Assembly (NCBI GenBank): GCA_049699855.1
Contig: JBNAWM010000001.1
Coordinates: forward strand, 62,885 to 126,884
DNA from: Candidatus Cryosericum sp.
GTDB taxonomy: Bacteria; Caldisericota; Caldisericia; Cryosericales; Cryosericaceae
Reading direction: 5' to 3'
DNA length: 64,000 bases
Part shown: positions 1 to 11,213 of the stretch, piece by piece
How positions within the stretch are numbered: position 1 is the stretch's first letter
Layout of the letters: every line of letters begins with the position of its first letter
Notes under the pieces: model-generated
Database searches by the model: none
The model's input: the letters and a program-made list of their open reading frames with translations, nothing else
Told to the model about the DNA's origin: nothing
Program-made: the position numbers and the translations under genes

Positions 1-121
1 CATCTTTGTGGAGGTCGGGATGGTATTTCTTGACCAGTTCGCGGTATGCCTTCTTGATATCTTCCGGAGAGGCTCCCCTAGGCACTCCCATCACTTCATA
101 GTAGTCCCGATCAGTTGCCAC
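1..121 (-). CDS. dnaJ: Chaperone DnaJ, 5' part (truncated by window edge)
   Basis: Manual translation from GTG at 121: [40 protein letters not shown] (J-domain with HPD motif); GGAGGT RBS; directly downstream of dnaK. Confidence 0.96.
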   Translation of the reverse strand, partial: MATDRDYYEVMGVPRGASPEDIKKAYRELVKKYHPDLHKD

Positions 122-168
122 GTCGACCTCCACTCATAAACTGGATCCTTCGCCAAGGGATTTCAGCC

Positions 169-2019
169 CTACTTGGCTGTTCCCTCACCCTCCACTGTCT
201 GTCCGTCCTGCGGCGGCTGCTGTGACTCGGTCTGGCTTTCCTGTGCACTCGACGGTCCCTGCTGAGAAGACTGACGCTGGAGATCCTCAGTCACCTTGGA
301 GAAAGCCGTGTTGACCTCATCAATCTTTGCCTCGATCTCATCGGTCTTGTTGTCTCTCACGAGACCCTCAAGCTCCGTCAACTTCCGTTCGGCTTCGGCC
401 TTGACATCGGGCGAAATCTTGGCCGCATTCTCCTCCAGCGTTTTCCGGCCGCTGAAAACGACCTGATCCGCGCGGTTCTTGATCTCGACCTCTTCCTTCA
501 CTTTCTTGTCCTGCTCGGCAAATTGCTCGGCCTCGCGCTTCATCCGCTCGATCTCTTCGTCTTTCAGCTTCGTTGCGTTCTCAATCGTGATGTGCTGCTC
601 CTTGCCTGTTGCCTTGTCTTTGGCAGTAACATGCACAATTCCGTTTGCATCGATGTCATAGCTGACTTCAATCTGAGGCTCACCGCGCCGGGCTGGGGCA
701 ATTCCATCAAGAATGAAGCGTCCCAATGACATGTTGTCCTTGGCCATGGGGCGCTCGCCCTGCAGTACATGAATCTCAACCTGGGTCTGGTTGTCGCTGG
801 CGGTCGTGAACGTCTGGGTCTTTGAAATGGGGACGGCAGTGTTCCGCTTGATCATCTCGGTGAAAACGCCCCCAAGCGTCTCAATGCCAAGTGTCAAAGG
901 TGTCACGTCGACCAGCACCATTCCGCTCTTTACCTCGCCGCCCATGATTCCGCCCTGGATCGCAGCACCCATCGCAACGCACTCCATGGGGTCTACGCCA
1001 CGCTCGGGAGTTTTTCCAAAGTAGCTCTCCACAAACTTCTGCACAATGGGCATTCTGGTCGGTCCGCCGACGAGAATGATATTGTCAATCTGCTGCGGCG
1101 TAAGACCGGCGTCCGAAAGGGCACGGTTGACGGGCTCGCGGCACCTGTCTATAATCGGCTGAACAAGGGACTCAAGTTTGGCGCGGGTGATGGGCATCAC
1201 AAGGTGCTTTGGTCCGCTTGCATCAGCCGTAATGAAGGGCAGGTTGATGGTGGTCTCAAAGGTGGTCGAGAGCTCCACCTTCGCCTTCTCCACTCCCTCG
1301 CGAAGACGCTGCATAGCCATTTTGTCGGCACGCAGATCGATGCCATTTTGGTTGCGGAAGTCATCTGCAACATAATTCAGCAGCGCATTGTCCATGTCGG
1401 TGCCGCCCAGCTGGGTATCGCCCGAGGTTGAAGCGACAGTGAAAACGTTGCCTCCAAAGTCCATGATGGTAACATCGAGCGTTCCGCCGCCAAAGTCAAA
1501 CACGAGAATCTTGTGCTCGCCCTCGGTCTTGTCCAGTCCATACGCGAAAGCCGCTGCTGTCGGCTCATTGATGAGACGAACGACCTCAAGACCCGCAATC
1601 TCGCCGGCGTCTTTGGTGGCTTGGCGCTGGGCATCATTGAAATATGCAGGAACAGTAATGACCGCCTTGGATACCTTCTGTCCAAGGAACGCTTCTGCGT
1701 CATTCTTGATCTTGCGCAGGATGAAACCGCTGATCTGCTGAGGTGTATAGGTCTTTCCGAAAATAGTCACCGTGTAGTCGGTTCCCATTTTCCGCTTAAT
1801 AGCCTGCACTGTCGTCTCAGGGTTCAGCGCCGCTTGACGCCGAGCTGGCTCGCCGACCAGAACCTGTCCGTCCTTCGTGAATGCAACATACGATGGTACT
1901 GCCTTCCCTCCGATGCTTACACCCTCAGCGGCCGGAACAATAGTCGGCTTTCCGCCCACCATAACCGCAGCAGCAGAGTTTGACGTTCCCAAATCAATAC
2001 CGATAATCTTCTCTTCCAT
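169..2019 (-). CDS. dnaK: Chaperone DnaK (Hsp70)
   Basis: [19 protein letters not shown] and [11 protein letters not shown]-type Hsp70 motifs; ATG at 2019 chosen for spacing from AAGGAGG. Confidence 0.99.
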   Translation of the reverse strand: MEEKIIGIDLGTSNSAAAVMVGGKPTIVPAAEGVSIGGKAVPSYVAFTKDGQVLVGEPARRQAALNPETTVQAIKRKMGTDYTVTIFGKTYTPQQISGFILRKIKNDAEAFLGQKVSKAVITVPAYFNDAQRQATKDAGEIAGLEVVRLINEPTAAAFAYGLDKTEGEHKILVFDFGGGTLDVTIMDFGGNVFTVASTSGDTQLGGTDMDNALLNYVADDFRNQNGIDLRADKMAMQRLREGVEKAKVELSTTFETTINLPFITADASGPKHLVMPITRAKLESLVQPIIDRCREPVNRALSDAGLTPQQIDNIILVGGPTRMPIVQKFVESYFGKTPERGVDPMECVAMGAAIQGGIMGGEVKSGMVLVDVTPLTLGIETLGGVFTEMIKRNTAVPISKTQTFTTASDNQTQVEIHVLQGERPMAKDNMSLGRFILDGIAPARRGEPQIEVSYDIDANGIVHVTAKDKATGKEQHITIENATKLKDEEIERMKREAEQFAEQDKKVKEEVEIKNRADQVVFSGRKTLEENAAKISPDVKAEAERKLTELEGLVRDNKTDEIEAKIDEVNTAFSKVTEDLQRQSSQQGPSSAQESQTESQQPPQDGQTVEGEGTAK

Positions 2020-2068
2020 ATTCGACAAACCTCCTTAGTAGGAATTATAGGACATGATCTTCAACAAA

Positions 2069-2749
2069 TCAGCCTTCACTAGTACCTTCTACGGTTTCCT
2101 GAATCTCCGCTTCCTTCTCCGGTGCACCCGACACATCCACCATGGCAGGACGCAGTAACCTGTCTCCAAGCTTGTAGCCATCACGAAGAACGCGTATTAC
2201 AGTGTTGGCGGGGGCTTCGGACTCCACGACCACATGTGCGATCTCTGACGTGGATGAGTCATAGGGGTTGCCCTCCAATCCTTCAATCTTGTGAACGCCG
2301 TTGCGTACGAGGAACTGGTTCAATTGTCCAAGAACCGCCTGAGCGCCCACGGCAAGGCTTGAACCATCAGAGCTCCCCTCCCCGTGCCTGACGAGTTGAT
2401 CGAAACTGTCAACGATCGCAAGCAGGTCCAGAAACAGAGATAGTTTGGTTCTCGTCTCAAACGAACTCTTGTCGCGCTGAAGCGTCGCCTGTTCACGAAT
2501 GCGCAACATCTGCTCTTCATGCACAGAGCTCTTCAGACTCTCATTCTCCTGCGCGAGACGGTCAATCGTTTGCTGAAGTTCTCGTACCTTGGCACCAAGC
2601 ACTCTCACAACGTCACCTCCGTCCCCGCTGACGCTTCCTTCAGGAACGGAGTCAACAGCAGGAACGACCGGTGGTTGTGCATGCTCCAACCCTTCCTGTT
2701 CACTTCCCCGTTCTTCAACATCAGTCCATAGTCTGCGTTCATTCATCAT
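2069..2749 (-). CDS. grpE: Nucleotide exchange factor GrpE
   Basis: C-terminal VIRVLRDGYKLGDRLLRPAMVDV, coiled-coil core, position upstream of dnaK. Confidence 0.95.
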   Translation of the reverse strand: MMNERRLWTDVEERGSEQEGLEHAQPPVVPAVDSVPEGSVSGDGGDVVRVLGAKVRELQQTIDRLAQENESLKSSVHEEQMLRIREQATLQRDKSSFETRTKLSLFLDLLAIVDSFDQLVRHGEGSSDGSSLAVGAQAVLGQLNQFLVRNGVHKIEGLEGNPYDSSTSEIAHVVVESEAPANTVIRVLRDGYKLGDRLLRPAMVDVSGAPEKEAEIQETVEGTSEG

Positions 2750-2814
2750 TTCGTTTGCGCTCCAGTTTCACTGTCATCCTTCACACATAGCATTCATCAA
2801 CGATTAGGTATCAG

Positions 2815-2841
2815 TTAGCAGTCAAAGCGATAGACTGCTAA
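2815..2841. promoter_or_regulatory. CIRCE (HrcA operator), variant
   Basis: Perfect inverted repeat TTAGCAGTC-N9-GACTGCTAA (consensus TTAGCACTC-N9-GAGTGCTAA) between the promoter and grpE. Confidence 0.88.
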
Positions 2842-2851
2842 TGCTCAAAAT

Positions 2852-2879
2852 ATTGTACTTCAAACCACTCCAGTGTCAA
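2852..2879 (-). promoter_or_regulatory. sigma70-type promoter of grpE-dnaK-dnaJ
   Basis: TTGACA-N16-TACAAT on the minus strand immediately upstream of CIRCE. Confidence 0.8.
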
Positions 2880-2959
2880 GCCGCCTCCTCACTTAAAAGC
2901 GTTGATTTCTCCTCTTATAGGATAATACTATGCTTGATTTACTCACTCGGAGGCAACTC

Positions 2960-3634
2960 ATGTATACAGACCGCATCACAAAAAAAGAGCTTGCCCGCTT
3001 CATGGACCATACGCTCCTCAAGCCTGAAGCTACTTCCAGGGATATTGAGCAGCTGTGCACAGAGGCGATCAACCTCGGAACATTTGCAGTGTGCGTCAAT
3101 TCGTCGATGGTGGAGACTGCATCGGCATGTCTGAGCGGATCTGGCGTTCACATCGCGTCGGTCGTCGGATTTCCTCTTGGAGCATGCACACAGTCAGCCA
3201 AGGCTCGCGAAACCGAACTGGCAGTCAGACAAGGAGCTTCAGAAATCGACACCGTAATCCACATTGGATGGCTCAAAGAGAAGAGCTACCGTGCTGTCGC
3301 AAGTGACATCAAAGCCGTGGTTGACGCCGCGGGAGACGCTCTTGTGAAGGTTATTATCGAAGCCTGCTTGCTGTCTGATGAAGAAAAGAGAATAGCCTGT
3401 GCCATTGCTGTCTCTGCGGGAGCGGGCTATGTCAAGACCAGCACTGGTTTCAGCAAATCGGGTGCCAGTGAAGATGACGTGCGCCTGATGCGCGAGGTTG
3501 TGGGCCCCATGATCGGAGTCAAGGCAGCAGGCGGGATTCGCGACCTTCGTACTGCCGTTGCCATGCTCAATGCTGGAGCCTCCCGCCTGGGCGTGTCCTC
3601 ATCGGCCGCCATTCTCGCAGAGGCACAAGAATAG
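2960..3634 (+). CDS. deoC: Deoxyribose-phosphate aldolase
   Basis: DHTLLKP, VVGFPLG, VKTSTGF, VKAAGGIR motifs; GGAGG RBS before ATG at 2960. Confidence 0.97.
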   Translation: MYTDRITKKELARFMDHTLLKPEATSRDIEQLCTEAINLGTFAVCVNSSMVETASACLSGSGVHIASVVGFPLGACTQSAKARETELAVRQGASEIDTVIHIGWLKEKSYRAVASDIKAVVDAAGDALVKVIIEACLLSDEEKRIACAIAVSAGAGYVKTSTGFSKSGASEDDVRLMREVVGPMIGVKAAGGIRDLRTAVAMLNAGASRLGVSSSAAILAEAQE

Positions 3635-3640
3635 CAGTCG

Positions 3641-4393
3641 ATGGCGTATCATTGGACACTGGCCTCGATTCTAAATACGTCCAGACAGGGCGAAAAGGAC
3701 AAGCGGCTGGTGCTCTTTTCCAGGGAACTGGGCAAGGTCAGCGCTGTCGCACGAGGATCCGCAGTTGCTGGGACAAAGTGGTCAACATCATTTGAGCCGT
3801 TCTCTCTGCTGTATCTCCGGCTCTATGAGCGTTCACACTTTTTTACTGTCGTCAGCTCCGAGGAACGAGCGGTCTATACGGGGATTCTCTCATCCCTGTC
3901 AAAATCGCTTCGGGGAATGGCCATGAATCAGCTGGTCTCCTGCTTTGTGGAACCACTGTCAGAAGAACCGGAGCTGTTTGCTTCATACGTTACCGCTCTT
4001 TCACACCTGAACATGGCCAAAGCGACCGAAGATGAAGATAGAGTGTTCCTGGAGTTCACGCTGGATATCCTCGACGAACTCGGGTTCGGGCTCGCCTCTC
4101 CACGCTGTGAACGCTGTGGGGAAGCCCTTGGTGACGCAGTCTTCTTCTCGCCGCAGGACAACGCCTTCCATTGTGCGCACTGCGCCTCGTCCGAACCTGA
4201 CATTCTCCTCTCCTCTGAACTTACCGGCTTTCTTCAGTTGAGGCAGGGCTCTCTGGATGAGCACCATGTCCTCATCGGCATCGCGCTGTCTCTTCGACTG
4301 CTCCGGTCTGCCGCGGCAAAACTGGCCAAAGAGCAGTCCTTTGAAGCTTTCGCTCGAAATACCGCTACACTGTTTGGCAGTACTATCACCTAA
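3641..4393 (+). CDS. recO: DNA repair protein RecO
   Basis: N-terminal OB-fold pattern ([15 protein letters not shown]...FEPFS), CxxC..CxxC zinc finger, upstream of glyQ. Confidence 0.88.
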   Translation: MAYHWTLASILNTSRQGEKDKRLVLFSRELGKVSAVARGSAVAGTKWSTSFEPFSLLYLRLYERSHFFTVVSSEERAVYTGILSSLSKSLRGMAMNQLVSCFVEPLSEEPELFASYVTALSHLNMAKATEDEDRVFLEFTLDILDELGFGLASPRCERCGEALGDAVFFSPQDNAFHCAHCASSEPDILLSSELTGFLQLRQGSLDEHHVLIGIALSLRLLRSAAAKLAKEQSFEAFARNTATLFGSTIT

Positions 4394-4412
4394 AATCGTG
4401 AGGAGTCACAGT

Positions 4413-5261
4413 ATGAATTTTGAACAAATGGTTGCCAAGTTGGAGCAGTTCTGGGCGGATGAGGGATGCACGCGTCTGTTTCCCTACGACCAGGAAGTGG
4501 GCGCCGGAACACTCAGTCCGTACACATTTCTCCGAGTGTTGGGCCGCAAGCCTTGGAATGTCGTGTATGTCCAACCTTCGCGACGGCCCGCAGACGGCCG
4601 CTATGGCGAAAACCCGAACCGGCTGTACATGCACCATCAGTTGCAGGTCATCGTCAAACCCCCAACAAAGGATATCCAGGATACGTACCTGCGCAGTCTG
4701 TACCTTTTGGGATTGAAGCCCGCCGAGCACGACATTCGCTTTGTCGAGGACAACTGGGAGACGCCTGTGCTCGGTGCTGCCGGCGTCGGATGGGAAGTTT
4801 GGCTTGATGGCATGGAAGTCACGCAGTTCACCTACTTCCAGCAGGCAGGCGGACTTGAAGTCCCGGTCGTAGCCGTAGAGATCACCTACGGTCTCGAACG
4901 GCTTGCCATGTTTGTTCAGCAGAAGACAAACGTCTATGACCTCGAATGGCACCAGGGCATGACCTATGGCGACCTTAGGCAACAGGTCGAGAGGGAAAAC
5001 AGCGTCTATTCGTTTGAACAGGCAGACGTCGAGGCATTGGTAACGATGTTTGAACTCTGCGAAAGGGAATCACAGCGCATGATCGACGCAAAGCTCATCA
5101 CCCCCGCATACGAATACCTGTTGAAGTGTTCTCATACCTTCAACATCCTGGATGCGCGGGGCACGGTCGGCGTTTCCCAGCGGATGGCGTATCTGGCTCG
5201 CGTCCGCAAGCTCGCCTATGGCTGCGCAAATCTCTATCTGGAGAATGAGAACAATGGCTGA
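4413..5261 (+). CDS. glyQ: Glycine--tRNA ligase alpha subunit
   Basis: [35 protein letters not shown]; GAGGAG RBS. Confidence 0.98.
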   Translation: MNFEQMVAKLEQFWADEGCTRLFPYDQEVGAGTLSPYTFLRVLGRKPWNVVYVQPSRRPADGRYGENPNRLYMHHQLQVIVKPPTKDIQDTYLRSLYLLGLKPAEHDIRFVEDNWETPVLGAAGVGWEVWLDGMEVTQFTYFQQAGGLEVPVVAVEITYGLERLAMFVQQKTNVYDLEWHQGMTYGDLRQQVERENSVYSFEQADVEALVTMFELCERESQRMIDAKLITPAYEYLLKCSHTFNILDARGTVGVSQRMAYLARVRKLAYGCANLYLENENNG

Positions 5262-7329
5262 TTTACTGATCGAGATCCTTACGGAAGAACTGCCTGCACG
5301 CTTCATCACCGATGCCCAAGCTCTCATGGCGGAACGGGTCAGCTCACACCTTGACGCACTTTCCATTCACCATGGAAACGTTCGCAGCTTCTCGACTCCT
5401 CGCCGGCTTGTCGTGCTTGTCGAAGATGTCGCCGAAGAAACGGAAAGCCGGACGATGAATATCAAGGGGCCTGCCGCCTCCATAAGCTATGATGCACAAG
5501 GGAATCCAACCCCCGCTCTGATCGGTTTCTGCAAAGGACAGGGCGTCGATCCCGCTGACGTGCACGTTGAAGATCAACAGGGGAAATCGTACGTGTATGC
5601 AACCAAGAAAATGCCTGGCCAGAAAGCAAGTGAATTGGTTGAATCGTTTCTTTCACACCTGCCTCGCGAGATCACCTTTCCAAAGATGATGCGGTGGGAA
5701 GAGTCCGGATTCCAATTTGCCCGTCCGATTCGCGGCCTGACGGCCTTGTTCGGAGGCGAGACGCTTCACTGGCACATAGCAGATGTCGATGGCTCCAACA
5801 CGACATTTGGGCTTCGCGTTGGAAAACCCAAGCCACTTGTCGTGTCCTCTCCTGACGACTATATGAGGAAACTGCGCGAGGCATTTGTCATCGTTGACCC
5901 CTCTGAACGCCACAGACTCATAGAAAAACAGGCAGAGAAGATCCTGAAACCTCTCGAAGCCAACCTGGGCAGCAATTTCGGTGACCTGCTGGGTGAGGTC
6001 GTGAACCTCGTCGAGTATCCCTCGGTCTTTCTCGGCAGTCTTCCAGACATAGCAGTAGAGCTTCCTGAAAGCGTTGTCCGCTCTGTGCTGAGTCAACAGA
6101 TGCACTCGTTTCTTGTCTATGACGGAAGTGGTCGTGTCCTGCCATATTTCCTCAGCGTGCGCAATGGTTTGACCGACTTTATCGAGACCGTGCGCCATGG
6201 CAATGAGAACGTCGCCAGAGCTCGTCTCATGGATGCCGCATTCTTCATAAGTGAAGACACGCGTAAGCCGCTGGAAACGTATGTCGATCAACTGGACTCT
6301 CTTATTTTCATGGATGCGCTGGGCACGATGGCGCAGAAGACAGCGCGTCTGGAACAGCTCGCCTCCGCTGCTCAGGACTATGCCTCAGTGACGCCGGAAG
6401 AAAGCAGGATGCTGGCTCTCGCCGCGCATCTGTCCAAAGCGGACCTCGCCACCAACATGGTGAAAGAGTACACGTCGCTGCAGGGCGAAATCGGCAGCGT
6501 CTATCTGGAACGAACAGGAGCTCCAGCAGAGCTTTCACAGGCTGTTCGAGAGCAGTACATACCGCGTTCTCCGTCGGAGAACATCGCTCAGACCAAGATT
6601 GGTCGCTTGCTCGGCATGATCGACAAGGTTGATACCATCACCGGAATTCTGGGCACGGGTTTCAATCCTTCTGGATCTGAAGACCCATATGGTCTGCGCC
6701 GCGCAGGGAATGGCATCGTCCGTACGGTCATCGAGTCGGGCGATACGATCGACCTCGAGGTCCTTCTCGATAAGTCTGTCGCCGCATATTTGGCATCTGG
6801 GACCCTTGCTCATGCGGAGCAGCTGCAGGAGCGCGTTCGTGACTACCTCAAGAGTCGCATCCTGCAGTACTTCAAAGAAAAGCGTCTTGCAAACGAATAC
6901 GCTCCATTTGAGAACCTCCCACTGAAAGACCTGGGGTCGGTGCTTGACCGGATGCGCGCATTGCAGGAAGAAGGCGGAAGCCCATCACTTCTTGCTCTTG
7001 CCGACAGCCACCGTCGCATACAGAATATCACCAAGGGGCTTGCGGAAGTGCCGAGCCTGCCTGCCGACCTGCTCCTGACCGAACCGGAGGAGATTCAACT
7101 GAGGCGTGCTGCTGAAGAAGCACTTCCGCGCGTCGAGCAGTTGTTGGCGTCTCGCCAGTACTCGAAGGCTGTCAATGCTTGTGAAGAACTCTCAGGGCCA
7201 ATCACGGTCTTCTTCGACAGGATTCTGGTCATGGCCATTGATGAAAATGTGAGAAGTGCGCGATTATTGCTTTTGTGCCATCTGAAGTATATACTTGGGC
7301 GTGTTTGCGACTATTCCAAGCTAACTTAA
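5254..7329 (+). CDS. glyS: Glycine--tRNA ligase beta subunit
   Basis: [29 protein letters not shown]; start overlaps the glyQ stop. Confidence 0.97.
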   Translation: MADLLIEILTEELPARFITDAQALMAERVSSHLDALSIHHGNVRSFSTPRRLVVLVEDVAEETESRTMNIKGPAASISYDAQGNPTPALIGFCKGQGVDPADVHVEDQQGKSYVYATKKMPGQKASELVESFLSHLPREITFPKMMRWEESGFQFARPIRGLTALFGGETLHWHIADVDGSNTTFGLRVGKPKPLVVSSPDDYMRKLREAFVIVDPSERHRLIEKQAEKILKPLEANLGSNFGDLLGEVVNLVEYPSVFLGSLPDIAVELPESVVRSVLSQQMHSFLVYDGSGRVLPYFLSVRNGLTDFIETVRHGNENVARARLMDAAFFISEDTRKPLETYVDQLDSLIFMDALGTMAQKTARLEQLASAAQDYASVTPEESRMLALAAHLSKADLATNMVKEYTSLQGEIGSVYLERTGAPAELSQAVREQYIPRSPSENIAQTKIGRLLGMIDKVDTITGILGTGFNPSGSEDPYGLRRAGNGIVRTVIESGDTIDLEVLLDKSVAAYLASGTLAHAEQLQERVRDYLKSRILQYFKEKRLANEYAPFENLPLKDLGSVLDRMRALQEEGGSPSLLALADSHRRIQNITKGLAEVPSLPADLLLTEPEEIQLRRAAEEALPRVEQLLASRQYSKAVNACEELSGPITVFFDRILVMAIDENVRSARLLLLCHLKYILGRVCDYSKLT

Positions 7330-7346
7330 GCTTGACAGGAGGAACC

Positions 7347-10001
7347 ATGGATCAGCGTAAGTTTGTCTACGATTTTGAAGAAGGCAGCAAGGAGATGAGG
7401 GAAATTCTCGGAGGAAAAGGCGCAGGCCTTGCCGAAATGACGAAAATCGGACTCCCAGTCCCCCCCGGTTTCACAATCTCAACGGAAATGTGCCCCGAGT
7501 ACCTCAAGGCTGGAGAAGTTCCTGAATCGTTGAAAGCTGAAATCAGAGAGCACCTTGCCAGGCTTGAAGGAAAACTGGGAAAGAAGTTCGGCTCCGCCGC
7601 CAACCCGTTGCTTGTCTCCGTCCGATCGGGAGCTGCGGTATCCATGCCAGGAATGATGGACACCATCCTCAATCTTGGTCTGAACATCGAGACGGTTGAG
7701 GGTCTCGCGGCGCTGACGGACAATGTCCGGTTCGCCTGGGACTCCTATCGGCGGTTCACCCAGATGTATGGCAATGTTGTGCTCGGAATCGTCCACGACG
7801 ACTTCGAAAAGATCCTTGCCGAGCAGAAACAGCTCCAGGGAGTGACTCTCGACACCGACTTGTCGGTCGACAGCCTGAAGGCCCTTGTCCAGAAGTACTT
7901 TGCGCTGGTCCAGGAAAAAACGGGCAAGCCGTTCCCCCAGGACCCCATGGAACAGCTTCTTGGAGCAGTAGGCGCAGTCTTCCGTTCATGGAACACCGAA
8001 CGAGCCATCACCTATCGCAAAATAGAGAAAATCAACAATCTGATCGGTACCGCCGTCACGGTGCAGTCCATGGTCTTTGGAAACATGGGCAACGACTCTG
8101 CGACAGGCGTATGCTTCACGCGTGACAATTCCACGGGGGCAAAGCAGTTCTCCGGTGAATACCTCGTCAATGCACAGGGTGAAGACGTCGTTGCCGGAAT
8201 CCGCACGCCAAAGAATATCAACGAGATGGAAACCGAGATGCCGGAAACCTACAAGCGGCTTGTAGAGGTCTCGCTTCTCCTTGAAAAGCATTACCGCGAT
8301 ATGCAGGACATGGAGTTCACGGTGGAACGGGGCAAGCTGTTCATGCTGCAGACGCGCAACGCCAAGAGAAGCCCTGTTGCGGCCGTCAAGGTGGCAGTCG
8401 ATATGGTCGCTGAAGGTCTCCTCACAAAAGAGGAAGCAGTCATGCGTGTAACACCATCCCAGCTCGATACGCTCCTGCATCCGCAAGTGGATCCAAAGGC
8501 CACCGTTCAGGTCATCGCCAAGGCAATCCCCGCTTCACCGGGTGCTGGTTATGGAAAGGTCATTTTCGAGTCCAAGAAGGCTGCCGAACTTGGCGAGGCC
8601 GGCGAGAAGGTTGTTCTTGTGCGCCAGGACACCTCACCGGAAGACATTGATGGCATCTCCAAGGCTCAAGCGACGCTGACAACCCGCGGCGGCGCATCTG
8701 CGCATGCGGCACTTGTCGCTCGCGGTCTTGGCAAACCCTGCGTTGTCGGAGCTGACCAGATCAAGCTTAACGCCAGCGACAAGAGTTTCACTACCAACGG
8801 GGTCACCGTCTCGGAGGGCGATGTGATCACGGTAAACGGCACAACGGGAGAAGTCATCCTCGGCCAGGCGCCAATGATGGATGCTGAGCAGACGCCAGAA
8901 CTGACCACTCTGCTTGGCTATGCCGATGAAATTCGCCGTCTGGGAGTCCGCGCTAATGCCGATACTCCTACGAACGCTCGCAAGGCACGTGCATTTGGTG
9001 CCGAAGGAATCGGCCTCTGCCGCACAGAGCGGATGTTCAACGATCCCGACCGCCTTCCGCTCATGCAGGCAATGGTCATCGCGGATTCGCTGGAAGAGCG
9101 CACACCGGCACTCGAGAAACTGCTCCCAATGCAGCGCGGTGACTTTGAACAGATCCTTGAGGCGATGGATGGTTATCCTGTCATCATTCGTCTGCTGGAT
9201 CCGCCACTCCACGAGTTCCTTCCGCAGATCGATCGTCTGAACGAAGAGATGACCGAAGCAGAAGCTGCACACGATGAAGCTCGCATTGCGTACCTGCGAA
9301 AAGTCATTAAACGGTACAATGAGCTGAAGGAATTCAACCCCATGATCGGGTTCCGCGGCTGCCGCGTCGGCATCGTCTATCCAGACATTTACCAGTTGCA
9401 GGTACGGGCTATTGCCGAGGCAACTGCTACGCTGGTGAAACGTGGATTGCACCCCATGCCCGAAATCATGTTGCCGCTGGTTGGACACGTCAACGAGATC
9501 AAAGCACTTAAGCCCCTTGTTCAGGAACAGCTGGACAAGGTATTCCAGCGCGAAGGTGTCAATGTAAGCGTCAAGATCGGAACCATGGTCGAGGTGCCTC
9601 GTGCCTGCCTCACTGCTGATGAGATTGCCGAGTATGCCGAGTTCTTCAGCTTCGGGACCAACGATCTCACCCAGACGACGTTCGCCTACAGCCGCGACGA
9701 TGCAGCCGGGACGTTCCTGCCCCACTACCTCGAAGAGAAGATTTTGAATGTCGATCCATTCCAGAGCATTGACCAGAAGGGTGTTGGCAAACTCCTTCGC
9801 ATTGGCGTGGTCCTTGGACGGCAGACGAACCCAAAGATCGAGATCGGAATCTGTGGTGAGCATGGCGGCGATCCAGACTCCATTGAATTCTGTCACCTGT
9901 CTGGACTCGATTACGTCTCGTGCTCGGCCCCGCGCGTTCCGATTGCGCGCCTTGCGGCTGCCCAGGCTGTCATCAAGAACAAACCAGCCGCCCACAGCTA
10001 A
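7347..10001 (+). CDS. ppdK: Pyruvate, phosphate dikinase
   Basis: LGGKGAGLAEM, VSVRSGA, SMPGMMDTILNLG, FSFGTNDLTQ, GICGEHGGDP; AGGAGG RBS. Confidence 0.97.
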   Translation: MDQRKFVYDFEEGSKEMREILGGKGAGLAEMTKIGLPVPPGFTISTEMCPEYLKAGEVPESLKAEIREHLARLEGKLGKKFGSAANPLLVSVRSGAAVSMPGMMDTILNLGLNIETVEGLAALTDNVRFAWDSYRRFTQMYGNVVLGIVHDDFEKILAEQKQLQGVTLDTDLSVDSLKALVQKYFALVQEKTGKPFPQDPMEQLLGAVGAVFRSWNTERAITYRKIEKINNLIGTAVTVQSMVFGNMGNDSATGVCFTRDNSTGAKQFSGEYLVNAQGEDVVAGIRTPKNINEMETEMPETYKRLVEVSLLLEKHYRDMQDMEFTVERGKLFMLQTRNAKRSPVAAVKVAVDMVAEGLLTKEEAVMRVTPSQLDTLLHPQVDPKATVQVIAKAIPASPGAGYGKVIFESKKAAELGEAGEKVVLVRQDTSPEDIDGISKAQATLTTRGGASAHAALVARGLGKPCVVGADQIKLNASDKSFTTNGVTVSEGDVITVNGTTGEVILGQAPMMDAEQTPELTTLLGYADEIRRLGVRANADTPTNARKARAFGAEGIGLCRTERMFNDPDRLPLMQAMVIADSLEERTPALEKLLPMQRGDFEQILEAMDGYPVIIRLLDPPLHEFLPQIDRLNEEMTEAEAAHDEARIAYLRKVIKRYNELKEFNPMIGFRGCRVGIVYPDIYQLQVRAIAEATATLVKRGLHPMPEIMLPLVGHVNEIKALKPLVQEQLDKVFQREGVNVSVKIGTMVEVPRACLTADEIAEYAEFFSFGTNDLTQTTFAYSRDDAAGTFLPHYLEEKILNVDPFQSIDQKGVGKLLRIGVVLGRQTNPKIEIGICGEHGGDPDSIEFCHLSGLDYVSCSAPRVPIARLAAAQAVIKNKPAAHS

Positions 10002-10016
10002 GCCGCATCCACATAC

Positions 10017-11123
10017 ATGCTACCTATCACGAACTACAGGGATAGGGAAGGAAGGCTGCTCTCGCGCGGAGCAGCCTTCGGCATTGCCAGCAAGGGCCGG
10101 CTGGTTCCTGAAGCCGACGATGGTCTTCGATCGCCGTTCCAAAAGGACCGGGATCGCATCATTCACTCGCGTGCATTTCGCAGGCTTCAGTACAAGACTC
10201 AAGTGTTCATGGCACCCAAGGGCGATGAGATTCGCACGCGGCTCACGCACACGCTTGAAGTCGCTCAGTTGTCCCGTTCGGTGGCCGATGCCCTTGGGCT
10301 CAACGAGGACCTTGTCGAAGCCATCGCGCTGGGACACGACCTTGGCCATGCACCCTTTGGGCACACTGGCGAAGCTGTTCTGAACGCAAAGCTGAAGGAG
10401 GTCGATCCTGGCCTCGGTTTTGAGCACGCATTGCAGAGCCTCCGTGTGGTCGACAGTCTGGAACGCCGCGAGCGTGGACATGGTGACGTTCTGTTCGGGC
10501 TCAACCTGACCTATGAAACACGCAACGGCATTGCTTCGCACAGCAAAGGCCTCGAAGAGCTCAGCAAGCTTGGCGACATGCAAAGCCCCCAAACGCTCGA
10601 AGGACAGATCGTTCGTCTCTGCGACCGCGTTGCCTATGTGAATCATGACCTGGACGACGCCATACATGCCGGCATTGTCGATGCAGGTGATGTTCCGGAA
10701 AATGTCACGCGGACACTGGGAATCTTCTATTCTCAGCGCCTGGACACCATGGTCCTCGACATCGTTCGTTCCAGTTCGCCGGCAGACAGCATCGTGATGA
10801 GCCCTGCTATCCAGGGTGCAATGGACGAGTTGATGCTGTTCCTCAAGGATCGCGTCTATATGCACTCCGAACCCAAGCGCGAGGAAGGCAAGGCCCGCGA
10901 TCTCCTGTCGCGTATCTTTGACTACTGCATGACGAATACGTTCCAGATGGAAGCTTACCTGAGGGAGCATCCCATGACGTGGGAAGCGAGCGATCCGGTA
11001 TCCGTGTTGCACGGAGATACCCTTACAACGGCGCGCGTTGTCACCGACTACATTGCTTCGATGACCGATCGCATGGCCCTGAATGTTGCCACTGAGCTGG
11101 TGATTCCCCGCATCTACGTCTAG
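10017..11123 (+). CDS. dgt: Deoxyguanosinetriphosphate triphosphohydrolase (HD domain)
   Basis: FQKDRDRIIHSRAFRRLQYKTQV, RTRLTHTLEV, HDLGHAPFGH; upstream of dnaG. Confidence 0.93.
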   Translation: MLPITNYRDREGRLLSRGAAFGIASKGRLVPEADDGLRSPFQKDRDRIIHSRAFRRLQYKTQVFMAPKGDEIRTRLTHTLEVAQLSRSVADALGLNEDLVEAIALGHDLGHAPFGHTGEAVLNAKLKEVDPGLGFEHALQSLRVVDSLERRERGHGDVLFGLNLTYETRNGIASHSKGLEELSKLGDMQSPQTLEGQIVRLCDRVAYVNHDLDDAIHAGIVDAGDVPENVTRTLGIFYSQRLDTMVLDIVRSSSPADSIVMSPAIQGAMDELMLFLKDRVYMHSEPKREEGKARDLLSRIFDYCMTNTFQMEAYLREHPMTWEASDPVSVLHGDTLTTARVVTDYIASMTDRMALNVATELVIPRIYV

Positions 11124-11213
11124 CGAAGCTTCTCTGACTGTGTGATCAGTGTGAGGAGGACTGGAACGATTCCAGCCTCCTCTTTCGTATACCTAGATGG
11201 TGAGAAGTCGGAC

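Noticed and set aside
8634-9995. Long antisense ORFs (453 aa opposite ppdK; also 10020-11012, 20045-21412, 50436-51500, 54520-56181)
   Set aside because: They are shadow frames of conserved high-GC3 genes, with no recognizable motifs or RBS.
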